Shown here: one piece after another, positions 1-9,289 of the stretch
How positions within the stretch are numbered: the first letter of the stretch is position 1
Layout of the letters: every line of letters begins with the position of its first letter
Virus record (IMG/VR): IMGVR_UViG_3300035156_000041
Span: 1 to 64,000 of that record
DNA from: a virus
Length of the DNA: 64,000 nt
Reading direction: 5' to 3' (one strand)
The notes under the pieces: generated by a model
Told to the model about the DNA's origin: nothing
What the model saw: the letters and a program-made list of their open reading frames with translations, nothing else
Database searches by the model: none
Program-made: the position numbers and the translations under genes

Positions 1-360
1 GCCTGCCTCAGCAAAACCTCGTGAAAAATTCGTGGCACTGAGTTTGGCGAGTTTCCACCATTCTTCGGGCGTGTACATTCCATTGATAAGCTCGTTGTGT
101 TCTCCGCCAGCTTGCATGCCTGACTGGTTTTTGCCAAATTGCACAGGGATGCCCGATAATTGCTTTTCCATTTTGTCGAAAGGAATAGCACGACTACTCG
201 CTGCCGAGTAGGAGAACTGGCGATGCTTCAACTCCTCTGCGTGTACAATGCGAGGATGGTCTACAAGGAATGTAATAATTTCCTTGCCAGCTTCTGAAAT
301 GGAATGCAGCACTACTTCTACACGAATGCCCGCTTTGCCTTCTACGACGATGTTAGTCAT
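1..360 (-). CDS. thyX: Flavin-dependent thymidylate synthase ThyX, N-terminal part (runs off the window start)
   Basis: Manually read frame from ATG at 360: MTNIVVEGKAGIRVEVVLHSISEAGKEIITFLVDHPRIVHAEELKHRQFSYSAASSRAIP; HRxxSxxxxSxR ThyX signature. Confidence 0.8.
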   Translation of the reverse strand, partial: MTNIVVEGKAGIRVEVVLHSISEAGKEIITFLVDHPRIVHAEELKHRQFSYSAASSRAIPFDKMEKQLSGIPVQFGKNQSGMQAGGEHNELINGMYTPEEWWKLAKLSATNFSRGFAEAG

Positions 361-644
361 TCAACAATCTCCGATTCAATATCCTCATGGTCTTTGCTAA
401 AATTAATCGGGTCAGGAATCTCCGAGAACTTCACCAAATGGCTTGGCACGCCTTGACCCAAGCCCTCCACAAAGCATGTACCATACTGCGCAAATTGCTC
501 AGCGGCATACGTGAACAACTCGTGAGGCTCTGTCACCTCCCACATGTAGCTGGAAAACTCTTCCAAGGCTTCTGGTGTAAGTTTGTCATCAGGAATATCG
601 ACTTCGATTTCTTTAGTAATTGTTACTTGCACTGTACGTTTCAT
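357..644 (-). CDS. Hypothetical acidic phage protein
   Basis: 95-aa ORF tightly coupled to its neighbours in the leftward operon. Confidence 0.7.
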   Translation of the reverse strand: MKRTVQVTITKEIEVDIPDDKLTPEALEEFSSYMWEVTEPHELFTYAAEQFAQYGTCFVEGLGQGVPSHLVKFSEIPDPINFSKDHEDIESEIVE

Positions 645-1001
645 TCAATACCCCCTACGCGCCGCATTAAGCTGCTCTTTCAATCCCTCAATCTCAGCCT
701 CAAAATCCCTGCCAAGCGCCTGTACAAATTCTTCCCGGTGTTCGCTAAACATCTTCGCCCTCGCAGCTTTCCCACAATACTTACTGGTGATGTCAAGCTT
801 CATATCATCCCCTGTGAGCGAATCTGCGAAGAATGCTTCCAGCCAGCGATATGTTTGAAAGTGGACGTTGCTAACAGTGTCGTTCTCCACGTGTGGCAGA
901 TACTCGCTGTACAGCTTGTCCATAGCTTCATCCATAGCATCCTTGGCTTGGGCTGTGAATATCGCCTTAGTGTCTAGGAACACTTGCTCGATTGTCGGCA
1001 T
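645..1001 (-). CDS. Hypothetical phage protein
   Basis: 118-aa ORF, GGAG RBS, abuts the next gene. Confidence 0.7.
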   Translation of the reverse strand: MPTIEQVFLDTKAIFTAQAKDAMDEAMDKLYSEYLPHVENDTVSNVHFQTYRWLEAFFADSLTGDDMKLDITSKYCGKAARAKMFSEHREEFVQALGRDFEAEIEGLKEQLNAARRGY

Positions 1002-1162
1002 TACTGCTCCTCAGCATTACGAGCTTCTTCACGTAACTCCTGCGCATACTCGTAGGCAGACGAGTTGTCAATCCCAGCAGATTCCAAATAGCCAAGCCAC
1101 TCTTCAGCCTCACACAGTTGTTCAAAGCGTGCTTTAGTAATCGTCACAGTTTCTTGTGTCAT
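1001..1162 (-). CDS. Small hypothetical protein (MTQETVTITKARFEQLCEAEEW...)
   Basis: Manually read 53-aa ORF filling the gap, with ATGA/TAATG overlaps. Confidence 0.6.
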   Translation of the reverse strand: MTQETVTITKARFEQLCEAEEWLGYLESAGIDNSSAYEYAQELREEARNAEEQ

Positions 1163-1440
1163 TTGATTACCTTGTAAGTAGTTTGCACAATAGTCTTGGT
1201 AACAGGCTCGACAGCTTCCACGTCTTGACTAATCAAGTCACTGTCTCCCCAATGCCCTACATTTGAGCGAGCTTCAGTGATACGGAAGTATTTATTAGTT
1301 TCGAGATGTTTTAGCACAATATATGTGAATGCATACTTACCGTTTACATCCTCATCTTCCTCAACGATTTTGAAGCCCTCTGGGTCTTCAGTAAAGTAGC
1401 GGTCTTCTACCAGCAGTGCTTTCAGTTCTACAGCGTCCAT
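1159..1440 (-). CDS. Hypothetical phage protein
   Basis: 93-aa ORF with AGGAG RBS. Confidence 0.7.
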   Translation of the reverse strand: MDAVELKALLVEDRYFTEDPEGFKIVEEDEDVNGKYAFTYIVLKHLETNKYFRITEARSNVGHWGDSDLISQDVEAVEPVTKTIVQTTYKVIK

Positions 1441-1465
1441 ATTATTTCTCCTAAGTTATCTAAAA

Positions 1466-2773
1466 TCAAACCTTACCATAATTCATCGGCAGAAACTGCA
1501 GCTTATCCCAAGGAAACCCATTGAGCAGCGCATAATTAGCCGTACCATTAAACAACGCAGCATACGGATCAACCTTGCCAGCTAACGTATAGCCTTTAGG
1601 ATTCCATGCACGCAAACTAACAGAACCTGCTTTGTCCCACACTATGAAGCCGTACTTCTGAGCGGCCTTAGCAATCGTTTTAGCCACTGGATGAATTTTC
1701 AGAGCATCCACATTAACCGTAGGATCGAGCCGGAAGCGCTGGCCCTCAGCAATACGATTGGCAGCACTAGTAGGATTATACCCGTCCGAACGCTGAGCAG
1801 GCCATGAATACTTCCAATAAGTTTCAACGTCTACTAGCGAGATACCAATTGCATGGCAAATCTCGCCACGTTGCAATTCCTCGGCAGAAATCTGCCCACC
1901 TAGAAATGGCAAGCCTGTTGCTGTCGTGCCAAAGCCACTGGGCCATGTGCCATTGTTCTTGGAAGCATTTTGAAGCCGTCCACCCCAGCAAGCTTGCCAT
2001 ACACCATTGACAACCTTAGTTTGCCAGAACTCCCACAATGTGTCTGTAGACGGCTGATAAATAGTCATCTCAGCATCAGTGCCCGTAGCAGGCTGTGCAT
2101 AGCTTGGGATTGGCACAGCAGCCCATTGATCCAAGATTCCTGCTGGTGTGTAGCCCTTGCCCTGGCAATCCCAGAATTTAACAGGCACTGTAGGAACACC
2201 TTCTGGCACAACATACACAGGGCTTGCGTAAGATGTCGTGTTTAAGATGACGTTATTATAATACGTCTTAATCTGCTGTGTCAAGTTAAGCGTAAGATTG
2301 GCCGAGTTAGGATCGATAGGTGCATCTGCCGGAATCTGATGATACCAGAAGCTATCTGCCGCAAAGACGCTGTCAGTTACTAGACTGTTGTGCACACTGA
2401 AGTCGTACAGAGAATAGCTATAACGTGCTGGCTTAACACCTTGCATACGGACATAGCGAGCATTCACAGGCTCAAAAGTGATCTTCTCTGTGCCTCCAAC
2501 ACCTGTTGTGGTGCTGTACACAGTTGTCCAAGTTTTCTCGTCCAATGACACTTGGATGCTGTAGGCTTTCGCGTAAGCTGCCTCCCATGTCAGGCTCACT
2601 GTGTTAATAATTTGAGCTTTCCCAAGATCGATATCAATCCATTGATTTGATTGGAATGCAGACGACCATCGCGTTGCAGGGTTGCCATCCACAGCGGCTG
2701 ATGCTTCCAAGCCTGTCTTTTCAATCGCTGAAGCTTTGGCTGGCTGCCAAAGTGCTAAATTTGTTGATGTCAT
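1466..2773 (-). CDS. F5/8 type C (discoidin/CBM32) domain fused to an uncharacterised putative carbohydrate-active domain
   Basis: NLAL..PAKAS...AVDGNPATRWSS...QWIDIDLG...WEAAYAKAYSIQVS...ARYVRM discoidin pattern; ~300-aa Trp/Gly-rich C-terminal domain. Confidence 0.8.
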   Translation of the reverse strand: MTSTNLALWQPAKASAIEKTGLEASAAVDGNPATRWSSAFQSNQWIDIDLGKAQIINTVSLTWEAAYAKAYSIQVSLDEKTWTTVYSTTTGVGGTEKITFEPVNARYVRMQGVKPARYSYSLYDFSVHNSLVTDSVFAADSFWYHQIPADAPIDPNSANLTLNLTQQIKTYYNNVILNTTSYASPVYVVPEGVPTVPVKFWDCQGKGYTPAGILDQWAAVPIPSYAQPATGTDAEMTIYQPSTDTLWEFWQTKVVNGVWQACWGGRLQNASKNNGTWPSGFGTTATGLPFLGGQISAEELQRGEICHAIGISLVDVETYWKYSWPAQRSDGYNPTSAANRIAEGQRFRLDPTVNVDALKIHPVAKTIAKAAQKYGFIVWDKAGSVSLRAWNPKGYTLAGKVDPYAALFNGTANYALLNGFPWDKLQFLPMNYGKV

Positions 2774-2783
2774 GTTATTTCTC

Positions 2784-3212
2784 CTATCTACTGAAGTATA
2801 AATCCCCTATGCGGGTTGTTGATTTTCCCCACGGGAGGCGTTGTTGGTTGAAGTAAATATAGCCACTGTCCTCACTAAACACTGGTGGCATCTTAAGAAC
2901 CATATTGTACTCTTCTAAGAACTGTTCGTCAAGCTTTCTCTTAAATCCCCAACGTGCCCACGGAAACTGCCCTCTCACGCGAAGAACCTTACAGACGCCT
3001 TGCCCTGTCTTTCTTACGCGTGCTGCGATAACGTCCATAACGGCGCGTTGCGTCTTGTGAGATTGGTTACGGGCTTCCGACCAGACCGCGTACCTCATAC
3101 AAAAGTAGTCAGATTGTGCCTTAGCTGTACTTGTTAGCAGCACTAAGCACAGCACTAAACTCCTCAAAATTCTTTGCCCGCGTCCTTCAGCGGAGTAAGT
3201 ACTTGAAGGCAA
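2784..3212 (-). CDS. Cell wall hydrolase, SleB/Hydrolase_2 family (true start probably ~3150-3170)
   Basis: C...AVWSEARN...AV..VI..RV...VC.V....QFPW...YF...W...IGDLYF pattern; hydrophobic N-terminal segment. Confidence 0.8.
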   Translation of the reverse strand: MPSSTYSAEGRGQRILRSLVLCLVLLTSTAKAQSDYFCMRYAVWSEARNQSHKTQRAVMDVIAARVRKTGQGVCKVLRVRGQFPWARWGFKRKLDEQFLEEYNMVLKMPPVFSEDSGYIYFNQQRLPWGKSTTRIGDLYFSR

Positions 3213-3367
3213 CTAACACGGCCCTTAGCATCCTTATTAGCTTTCTCAAGCATGTCCTTGACAGCCGAGCACTCCTTAACACTCTGTGTCACAACAATCA
3301 CTTGGAAAGCAGGTGGCTGCTCAACAGGAAGGCTTAACCACAGTACCAAAAGCACCACGTTACTCAT
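3164..3367 (-). CDS. Small exported/membrane-anchored hypothetical protein
   Basis: 67 aa, hydrophobic N-terminus, two Cys, GAGGAGG RBS. Confidence 0.55.
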   Translation of the reverse strand: MSNVVLLVLWLSLPVEQPPAFQVIVVTQSVKECSAVKDMLEKANKDAKGRVSCLQVLTPLKDAGKEF

Positions 3368-3473
3368 AAAACCTCCTCAGCTTCATCGTTAAGAAAATGT
3401 CCAAGATTTCTTTTCTGCTCATACTCCTCATCAACAACTGGCAGCAACACGGTGTGATAGTTTGGTAGCGCGC

Positions 3474-3815
3474 TCATAGCTTTACACTCCCTTGTTTAAG
3501 CCGTAGAGAATCTGCTACAGCATTATATTGCACATGGGTAAGAACATCCATCAGCTTAGCCCTCGGATCAATTGACATCATCCAGCCATGCTCATCTGTC
3601 AAATAAGCTTTGTCAAGCACATACAATTGAGACACTTCCAAGTATTCGTCCTCGTTAGGCTCCTCAAAGTCTTTAGCAATAACTTCAGGCCAATATTCCC
3701 AGTCCACCACAACATCAAAGTGATGGCAAGAATGCATTGTCAAGTCATCCGAGATTTTGAGAGTAAATGTCTCAACACGTAAGATTGTTTGCAGCCTTCC
3801 TTCGATGGTGTTCAT
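3474..3815 (-). CDS. Hypothetical phage protein
   Basis: 113-aa ORF in the leftward operon. Confidence 0.65.
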   Translation of the reverse strand: MNTIEGRLQTILRVETFTLKISDDLTMHSCHHFDVVVDWEYWPEVIAKDFEEPNEDEYLEVSQLYVLDKAYLTDEHGWMMSIDPRAKLMDVLTHVQYNAVADSLRLKQGSVKL

Positions 3816-4033
3816 TTCTCAAGTCCTTCCAGTCGATAGTAAGCCTCTGTCAAGTCAACCAATTCATGAGTGTCTTGGTCATCAAACTTAACAAACTCTA
3901 CGCCGTAGCGATTGTTGTTAGCATTAGCCCAAGCATTCTTGGCATTGCCAGCTTTAGTCCAAGCGCACTTAGAGTTATAGACAATAAACTCTCCAGTTGT
4001 CTTACAACGAATTCCAATAATCTTAGTCATCAA
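3812..4033 (-). CDS. Hypothetical protein, paralogue of 10953-11264
   Basis: KI..IR.K.T...C.W...F.DQD..E.V..T shared pattern. Confidence 0.7.
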   Translation of the reverse strand: MMTKIIGIRCKTTGEFIVYNSKCAWTKAGNAKNAWANANNNRYGVEFVKFDDQDTHELVDLTEAYYRLEGLEK

Positions 4034-4260
4034 TAAGCTCCCACCCTAATAAACTCCCCATTATCCTCAAAATCAAAGTAGACATCCCCAGCCACTACAA
4101 GAGTTTTCCTGTCAGAATCCTCATACAGTTGTAGCTTAGTTTTTGCACCAAACTCTTGCAATAAACTTGTAAGCCGCTGCAAGTCAGTCTGCCCAACCTT
4201 GTGGCTAAACTTCTCATAGTTTTCGTTTGAGAAATCTGTCTGCTTAAAATCGAAGATCAT
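4030..4260 (-). CDS. Hypothetical phage protein
   Basis: 76-aa ORF, GGAGG RBS. Confidence 0.7.
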   Translation of the reverse strand: MIFDFKQTDFSNENYEKFSHKVGQTDLQRLTSLLQEFGAKTKLQLYEDSDRKTLVVAGDVYFDFEDNGEFIRVGAY

Positions 4261-4398
4261 TCTTAACCTCCCAAAAGTTCTTTACTAGTTGCCACGGAAT
4301 GCAGCTTATCATCCGCAATAATAGCGTCAGCAAGCTTCCCAGCAGCCTCGATCAAATATTCCTCATGGGTGTAGTTCACACCATCAGGTGACATCATG

Positions 4399-4931
4399 TT
4401 AGCAGCGATAAGTGCTACTACAATTTCGATACGCTTCATGCCCATCTCTCCAAGTTGTATATGTATAACCGTCTTCCCAAACATTCCCCAGAAAGATAGC
4501 AAAGATAACTGCAACGATCATTATGACACAAGTTATGGCTCCTGTCAACCGGCGCGTAGGCCTCATGTAAGCCATTACAGCCCCTGCCAGCAGCTAATAG
4601 CCATGTACATGCAGCCCACGGCAAGGACGCTCCACAGAGCCGCTATGAGGCTGCTAAGGCCATTGAAAGAATGCTTGTAGGCGTCCCATGCCGCGAAGCT
4701 GCTCCACGTGCAGAGGGCTGAGAATATGCTGAAAAGTAGGAAGCTCATAAATTTCTCCTAATGTGCCAGCGAGCCATACGCCACGTAAGCCATGACACAG
4801 CCTCCCACGGCGAAGTAGCTTGACACGAACAATGCTGATCCGTAGTCGGGAATTTGCTTGAACACTTTGTAGGCCATGAAGAATGCCGTAGCAGCGATAA
4901 GGCTGTCTAGCAGGAATATTACGTGTGGCAT
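4399..4931 (-). CDS. Three tandem small membrane proteins (4758-4931, 4575-4748, 4399-4575)
   Basis: Manually read 57-58-aa ORFs (MPHVIFLLDS..., MSFLLFSIFS..., MAYMRPTRRL...) with hydrophobic helices; AAGGAG/AGGAG RBS or TAATG coupling. Confidence 0.55.
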
Positions 4932-4952
4932 GTAAAGCTCCTTAAAATGTAC

Positions 4953-4972
4953 AAAAAGCCCCTAGCAGGGGC
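4953..4972 (-). terminator. Intrinsic terminator
   Basis: GCCCCT-GCT-AGGGGC followed by T5 on the minus strand. Confidence 0.6.
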
Positions 4973-4988
4973 ACTATAAGAGACGTTA

Positions 4989-5141
4989 TCAATCTGCGTA
5001 TCCGAGGTTGAGGACAATTTCATCATCCTCGAAGAAGATCGTGACGCCTGTAGTGTCGTCATAGGTTACATAAACGTCTGGTTGGATGGTTTCGTCCTGT
5101 GGAGCGAAGGCGGCGATGTGGGCGTAATTTGTGGCGTTCAT
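4989..5141 (-). CDS. Small acidic protein (50 aa)
   Basis: AAGGAG RBS; MNATNYAHIAAFAPQDETIQPDVYVTYDDTTGVTIFFEDDEIVLNLGYAD. Confidence 0.6.
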   Translation of the reverse strand: MNATNYAHIAAFAPQDETIQPDVYVTYDDTTGVTIFFEDDEIVLNLGYAD

Positions 5142-5682
5142 TTGATGCTCCTTATAGTGCCCCTTGGGGCTGTGCTGCTTGTGAGGGCCGTTCTAGCGGC
5201 CTAATTAGGATTCCTGCGACCACTTGTTTCAAATCCATGTACCCATAATGATCTACTTTTTTCGTACCCGCAAGTAAATATTCAAATTTTCTGTGAGAAA
5301 TTCGCCTACAACACCACAGTAGTTTATTTTCACGTTTCTTGTTGACTTGCTGTGGCTTTGGTGCGAATACGCGGGCGTACTACTATACAGTGGGATTTGA
5401 AGAACTACTGTGTGAGCGGCCTCTACGCCCCTTGGAGAGCACCAGCATGTTGCTTTGAAATACACATTCCGTTTGTCGCACTGCAACATGGTGTTGTACG
5501 TCTTGCCAACATTTACTAAACCATAACGTGTCGTGCAGAAAGATAAATCTTAGTGTTTGGGCAATATTGTGGAAATCTGTATGGGGGTCCTCTCCTACAA
5601 AATGTGATTTTAAGTTTGTGGGCTTTGACACAATTGCTCAAACGTAATTTGCCACACTTTTGGTTGCGCTGTGAAGATAGTG

Positions 5683-5711
5683 TTGACAAGACGCCTGTTA
5701 AGGTTCATAAT
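5683..5711 (+). promoter_or_regulatory. sigma70-type promoter
   Basis: TTGACA-17-CATAAT. Confidence 0.7.
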
Positions 5712-5902
5712 AGTGACTCGATACAAAATTCTAGGAGAACTTAACGTGGCACGGACAAACATTAATGAAGGTGACTTTGTAGACTACACACGAGAGGGGC
5801 TTATTAATTACATATTGCATCTGCGTGCTGCGATTGATGTGTATGATGGGTATCTGTCGATGGAAGAATTTGAAGCTTATAACCTTACTTTGGATTTTTA
5901 AT

Positions 5903-7003
5903 ATGAAAAACATGAAATTTAAAGTAGACAGCCCGGAGCAGTCTGAGCGTCTTGTGAGTCTGTTGGAAAAGCTAGGGTATGTGGAAGAAGACTGGGAATG
6001 TGGCACTACTGATGTATGTATTCTTTGCTACGAGGCTGGCACGTACGGTTATTACGCAAAAGGCCCCTTTGAAAGTTATTCATGTGTTGCCACAGACACC
6101 GCAGCCTTCCTAGCCGCTCACCAGCCTGCTCCTGCACAAGAACCTGAAACTTACTTCGGTGATGACGCTAAGGAGCTTGGCTGGTTCCCCAACACAGGCA
6201 CTATGCCGGACTTGCCTGCTGGGACGGAGATTGACATTGTCTTTAGCGGACACGAAGATGGTAAGTTTAACACCTATAGTGACTTTGATAAATTCTACTG
6301 GTATCTGTCAGGCAGCGCATCTGACATCACTAAATGGCGCTTCCATCGGCTAGAAGTTGCGGAGTATTTCAAGCAGCCTAAGACCACCTCCACGTACACG
6401 CCAACAGTTGAAGATATTGGTAAAAGGGTGGGCCACATCTACCACGAGGATGGCTCCGTAGAAATCGGTGTGGTTAATGACAGCACAACCCTCTTCGAAG
6501 GCATCGCAGCTAGTAAGGAGTTTACGAAGGAGGCTGCACATGAGGCTTTCGCTGGTGTGAAACGCCTAGACGCACAAGGTAATCAACGTTTGGATTGTGC
6601 TACTTATGACGACGAGGGTAACATGCTGAACCTGAAGGTTGGCAGCTTGAGCAGTCTTGGTGAACCTGTGGGGCACTTGGTAACAGGTACTATTGATTGT
6701 GCTTCTCCAGACGCCGCGTTCACATGGAAGGTTGATTCAGACGGGCACGTAAAAGGTAATAGCTTTTCGGAACAGCCTAAGCGTAACAAATACATGCGTG
6801 AGATTAAGCCGGGTGTGTTCTGTGATGTCTACGACCTCTTGCGAGCCTTCAACGTAACTGATGGAGCACTTGCACATATGGTTAAGAAGTGCTTGGCTGT
6901 CGGCCAACGCGGTCATAAGGACGCTACGGAGGATTACAAGGATATCGTAGCTTCAGCACAACGAGCACTTGAACTCCACCTTGAATGGAAAGACACACAA
7001 TGA
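5903..7003 (+). CDS. Mosaic protein: small phage domains + tail-tip-like segment + C-terminal DUF3310-like domain
   Basis: ATG 5903 follows the upstream ORF; C-terminal KYMREIK...DVYDLL.AF.VT...H..KK.L..G.RG.KD pattern; internal NLKVGSLS...WKVDSDG segment. Confidence 0.75.
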   Translation: MKNMKFKVDSPEQSERLVSLLEKLGYVEEDWECGTTDVCILCYEAGTYGYYAKGPFESYSCVATDTAAFLAAHQPAPAQEPETYFGDDAKELGWFPNTGTMPDLPAGTEIDIVFSGHEDGKFNTYSDFDKFYWYLSGSASDITKWRFHRLEVAEYFKQPKTTSTYTPTVEDIGKRVGHIYHEDGSVEIGVVNDSTTLFEGIAASKEFTKEAAHEAFAGVKRLDAQGNQRLDCATYDDEGNMLNLKVGSLSSLGEPVGHLVTGTIDCASPDAAFTWKVDSDGHVKGNSFSEQPKRNKYMREIKPGVFCDVYDLLRAFNVTDGALAHMVKKCLAVGQRGHKDATEDYKDIVASAQRALELHLEWKDTQ

Positions 7004-7293
7004 ATAAGTTCTCTGCCGGAACGCTCGTAATGATTAAAGCCCCTAACGAATCCCTCACAGCCCCTCTCTACACGGGCATGATTGGCGAGGTGAAAGACAG
7101 CCAGATTATTAACAACGAAATCCCCATCAACCATGTTGCCGTGGATTTTCCTAGCACGCGCTCAAAAGGCTGGACAGGCTGGTGGATATTTGATACGGCC
7201 TATCTCGTGCCCATTTCCGATCCTGACATGGACGTTGGTGATGTAGAAGCTGACGGGGAGTATTTGAAGAAGCGTGAGAAGGAGGCTGTCTAG
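7000..7293 (+). CDS. Hypothetical SH3-fold-like phage protein
   Basis: KFSAGTLVMIK...GMIGEV...VDF...W...LVPI pattern; ATGA overlap with upstream gene. Confidence 0.6.
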   Translation: MNKFSAGTLVMIKAPNESLTAPLYTGMIGEVKDSQIINNEIPINHVAVDFPSTRSKGWTGWWIFDTAYLVPISDPDMDVGDVEADGEYLKKREKEAV

Positions 7294-7388
7294 CCGGAAA
7301 AGTGAAGATCCGTTATATGGCTCAAAAGTCAAGGATTTCAAAAGTCATCCGAAAAAATTATTAAGCTTTATAGCTAGACTTTTTTAGC

Positions 7389-7421
7389 AGCCCCTTATAT
7401 CGAAAGATGTACGGGGCTTTT
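7389..7421 (+). terminator. Intrinsic terminator
   Basis: AGCCCC...GGGGCT + T-run. Confidence 0.55.
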
Positions 7422-7701
7422 CCTTGTCTAAAAGAAACACATCGTCCACGTTGCGTAGACAGCAACATTTCCTTAGCCACCCCGTTGTCTCCGCTGCTAT
7501 ATCTTCACAATTACATGCTTTGCATGTTATTCCCCTTCTCAGTATTTTCCTACTACTATCTTCTCGTCGTCTTGTAAGAATACGTGTCAACCGTGTGTAA
7601 GCCTCTATGTACAGGCTCCACAAAATTTATGTAGATTGTTCTTGACATAACTTCTAAAGGCTCCTACATTGCCTGCACACAATATAACTTAGGTAAACGA
7701 C

Positions 7702-7896
7702 ATGACTGATGAGATTCCAGGTAGCTTACGCGAACGCTACGATAGACTTGTAAGAGCAGGGCTTTATGTGGATAGCTTCTCCCGCTGGCTAGCAGTGGAG
7801 CACTTAATATACAAGGCGACGCACAAGAGTAGCATTGGCATGACAGCGTGGCTCAAGATGCTGAGGGAGCAAGAGGACGGTGAAGAAAATAAATAA
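7702..7896 (+). CDS. Hypothetical protein
   Basis: 64 aa, downstream of the promoter at 7642. Confidence 0.6.
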   Translation: MTDEIPGSLRERYDRLVRAGLYVDSFSRWLAVEHLIYKATHKSSIGMTAWLKMLREQEDGEENK

Positions 7897-8020
7897 GATA
7901 CCCCTCAAATAAAGCTTGACAAGACACTTGGACCTCATTAAAGTAGTAACCACTGAGACGCACACAGTGTCTTGCAAACTAACCCAGCCCCACAGGGCAA
8001 ACAAACTTAAAGGAATTACA

Positions 8021-8575
8021 ATGAACGCCACCGCACAAAAAGCAGCACCTCTGACGCCAGCACTTGAGAACGCTGTGCTCCAATCGGCAATTTCTGTCGC
8101 TATGCGTCACGCCAATGAGAAATTTGAAGCTGAGAAAAAGGAAAACAAAGTGGAAACCAAACAAGAACAACCTGCTAATGTAGCGTCGAACGTGTCTCCG
8201 ATCAGTGCTGCTAAGATGAAGTCCATTGTGGTGCGAAAAGACATCCTAGGCAGCGTCGTAGTGTTCGATGTTGACAGCCACGTTAAGCGCGAAGATGGCG
8301 AGTTCATCGACTATTGGGACGGCAAATCCACGAAGGTTGCCCCAGTGGACTACTACCGAAAATCGACTCGGCCGGTAGAGATGGATGAGGCCAAGAAAGT
8401 GATGGAGCAATACATGAAGGCCAACAAGCTCCAGCAAGCTCACCTCCGTTCACGCTTGGAGAAGAACCGCTTTGAGTCAGAATCGCAAGGCAAGGCCGAG
8501 ACCGTAGACATCAACGCGTTCCTAGACAAGCTTCAGGATGCCCTAATCAAAACCATCAGTTCCATGCGTGTTTAA
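8021..8575 (+). CDS. Hypothetical early protein
   Basis: AAAGGA RBS before ATG 8021; own promoter at 7916; terminator follows. Confidence 0.75.
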   Translation: MNATAQKAAPLTPALENAVLQSAISVAMRHANEKFEAEKKENKVETKQEQPANVASNVSPISAAKMKSIVVRKDILGSVVVFDVDSHVKREDGEFIDYWDGKSTKVAPVDYYRKSTRPVEMDEAKKVMEQYMKANKLQQAHLRSRLEKNRFESESQGKAETVDINAFLDKLQDALIKTISSMRV

Positions 8576-8596
8576 GGAGCCAACATGTTGCCGACT

Positions 8597-8624
8597 AGCC
8601 ACCCTTCGAGGTGGCTTTTCTTTT
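8597..8624 (+). terminator. Intrinsic terminator
   Basis: AGCCACC-CTTCGA-GGTGGCT + TTTCTTTT. Confidence 0.8.
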
Positions 8625-8703
8625 GCCAAGCCTACAAATAAAGCTTGCGCTAAGTTCTTAACAAGTATATTATTCACCCATACCAACCGACAAGGAGTTT
8701 TAA

Positions 8704-9093
8704 ATGAACACCATGCAGCAAGAATTCGACGCAGTAGTTGCCCACTTGTACAAGCAGGGACGCCCTGCCAAGGCATCGTATGATCCCAACCGTGAGCCTC
8801 AATGTGCCTATCGTGGCGATGACGGTTTGTCCTGCGCTGTAGGTTGTCGTATCCCTGACGATAATTACTCCGCTGAAATGGAGGGTACAGGTATCTCCTT
8901 CCTTTGCGAGTATGAAGACTTCAACCTGCCTTCAGAGATACGTGCTTACCACCCCATGTTTTCTAGTCTGCAAGCTGCACATGATGCGGACAGCTCACTT
9001 AACAGTGATGGTGATTTTGACTCGGTAGAATTGACAGAAAAGCTGGCACACACTGCACGTGTATTCAACCTAACCTTCACCCCACCGAAATGA
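8704..9093 (+). CDS. Conserved phage hypothetical protein
   Basis: HL..QG...CAYRG..G..CAVGC.I.D...LQ..HD pattern; AAGGAG RBS. Confidence 0.75.
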   Translation: MNTMQQEFDAVVAHLYKQGRPAKASYDPNREPQCAYRGDDGLSCAVGCRIPDDNYSAEMEGTGISFLCEYEDFNLPSEIRAYHPMFSSLQAAHDADSSLNSDGDFDSVELTEKLAHTARVFNLTFTPPK

Positions 9094-9289
9094 CCCTCCA
9101 ATCCCTCTACCACCGCATCTTCCCACATCACAAGTGGACATACAGCCCTTGTGGGAACATTAGGACGTGTCACTTAACAGGAGAGCGTGAAGAATTATTG
9201 ATGGACGAATGGGGATGTGGTTGGCATTAATATGTAAAGTGTGTGTCTTAAGCCTTACATAAACATTTAACTTAACTTTGAGGATTATT

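Noticed and set aside
5411-5419. lac-operator-like TGTGAGCGG
   Set aside because: Only a half-site; expected by chance
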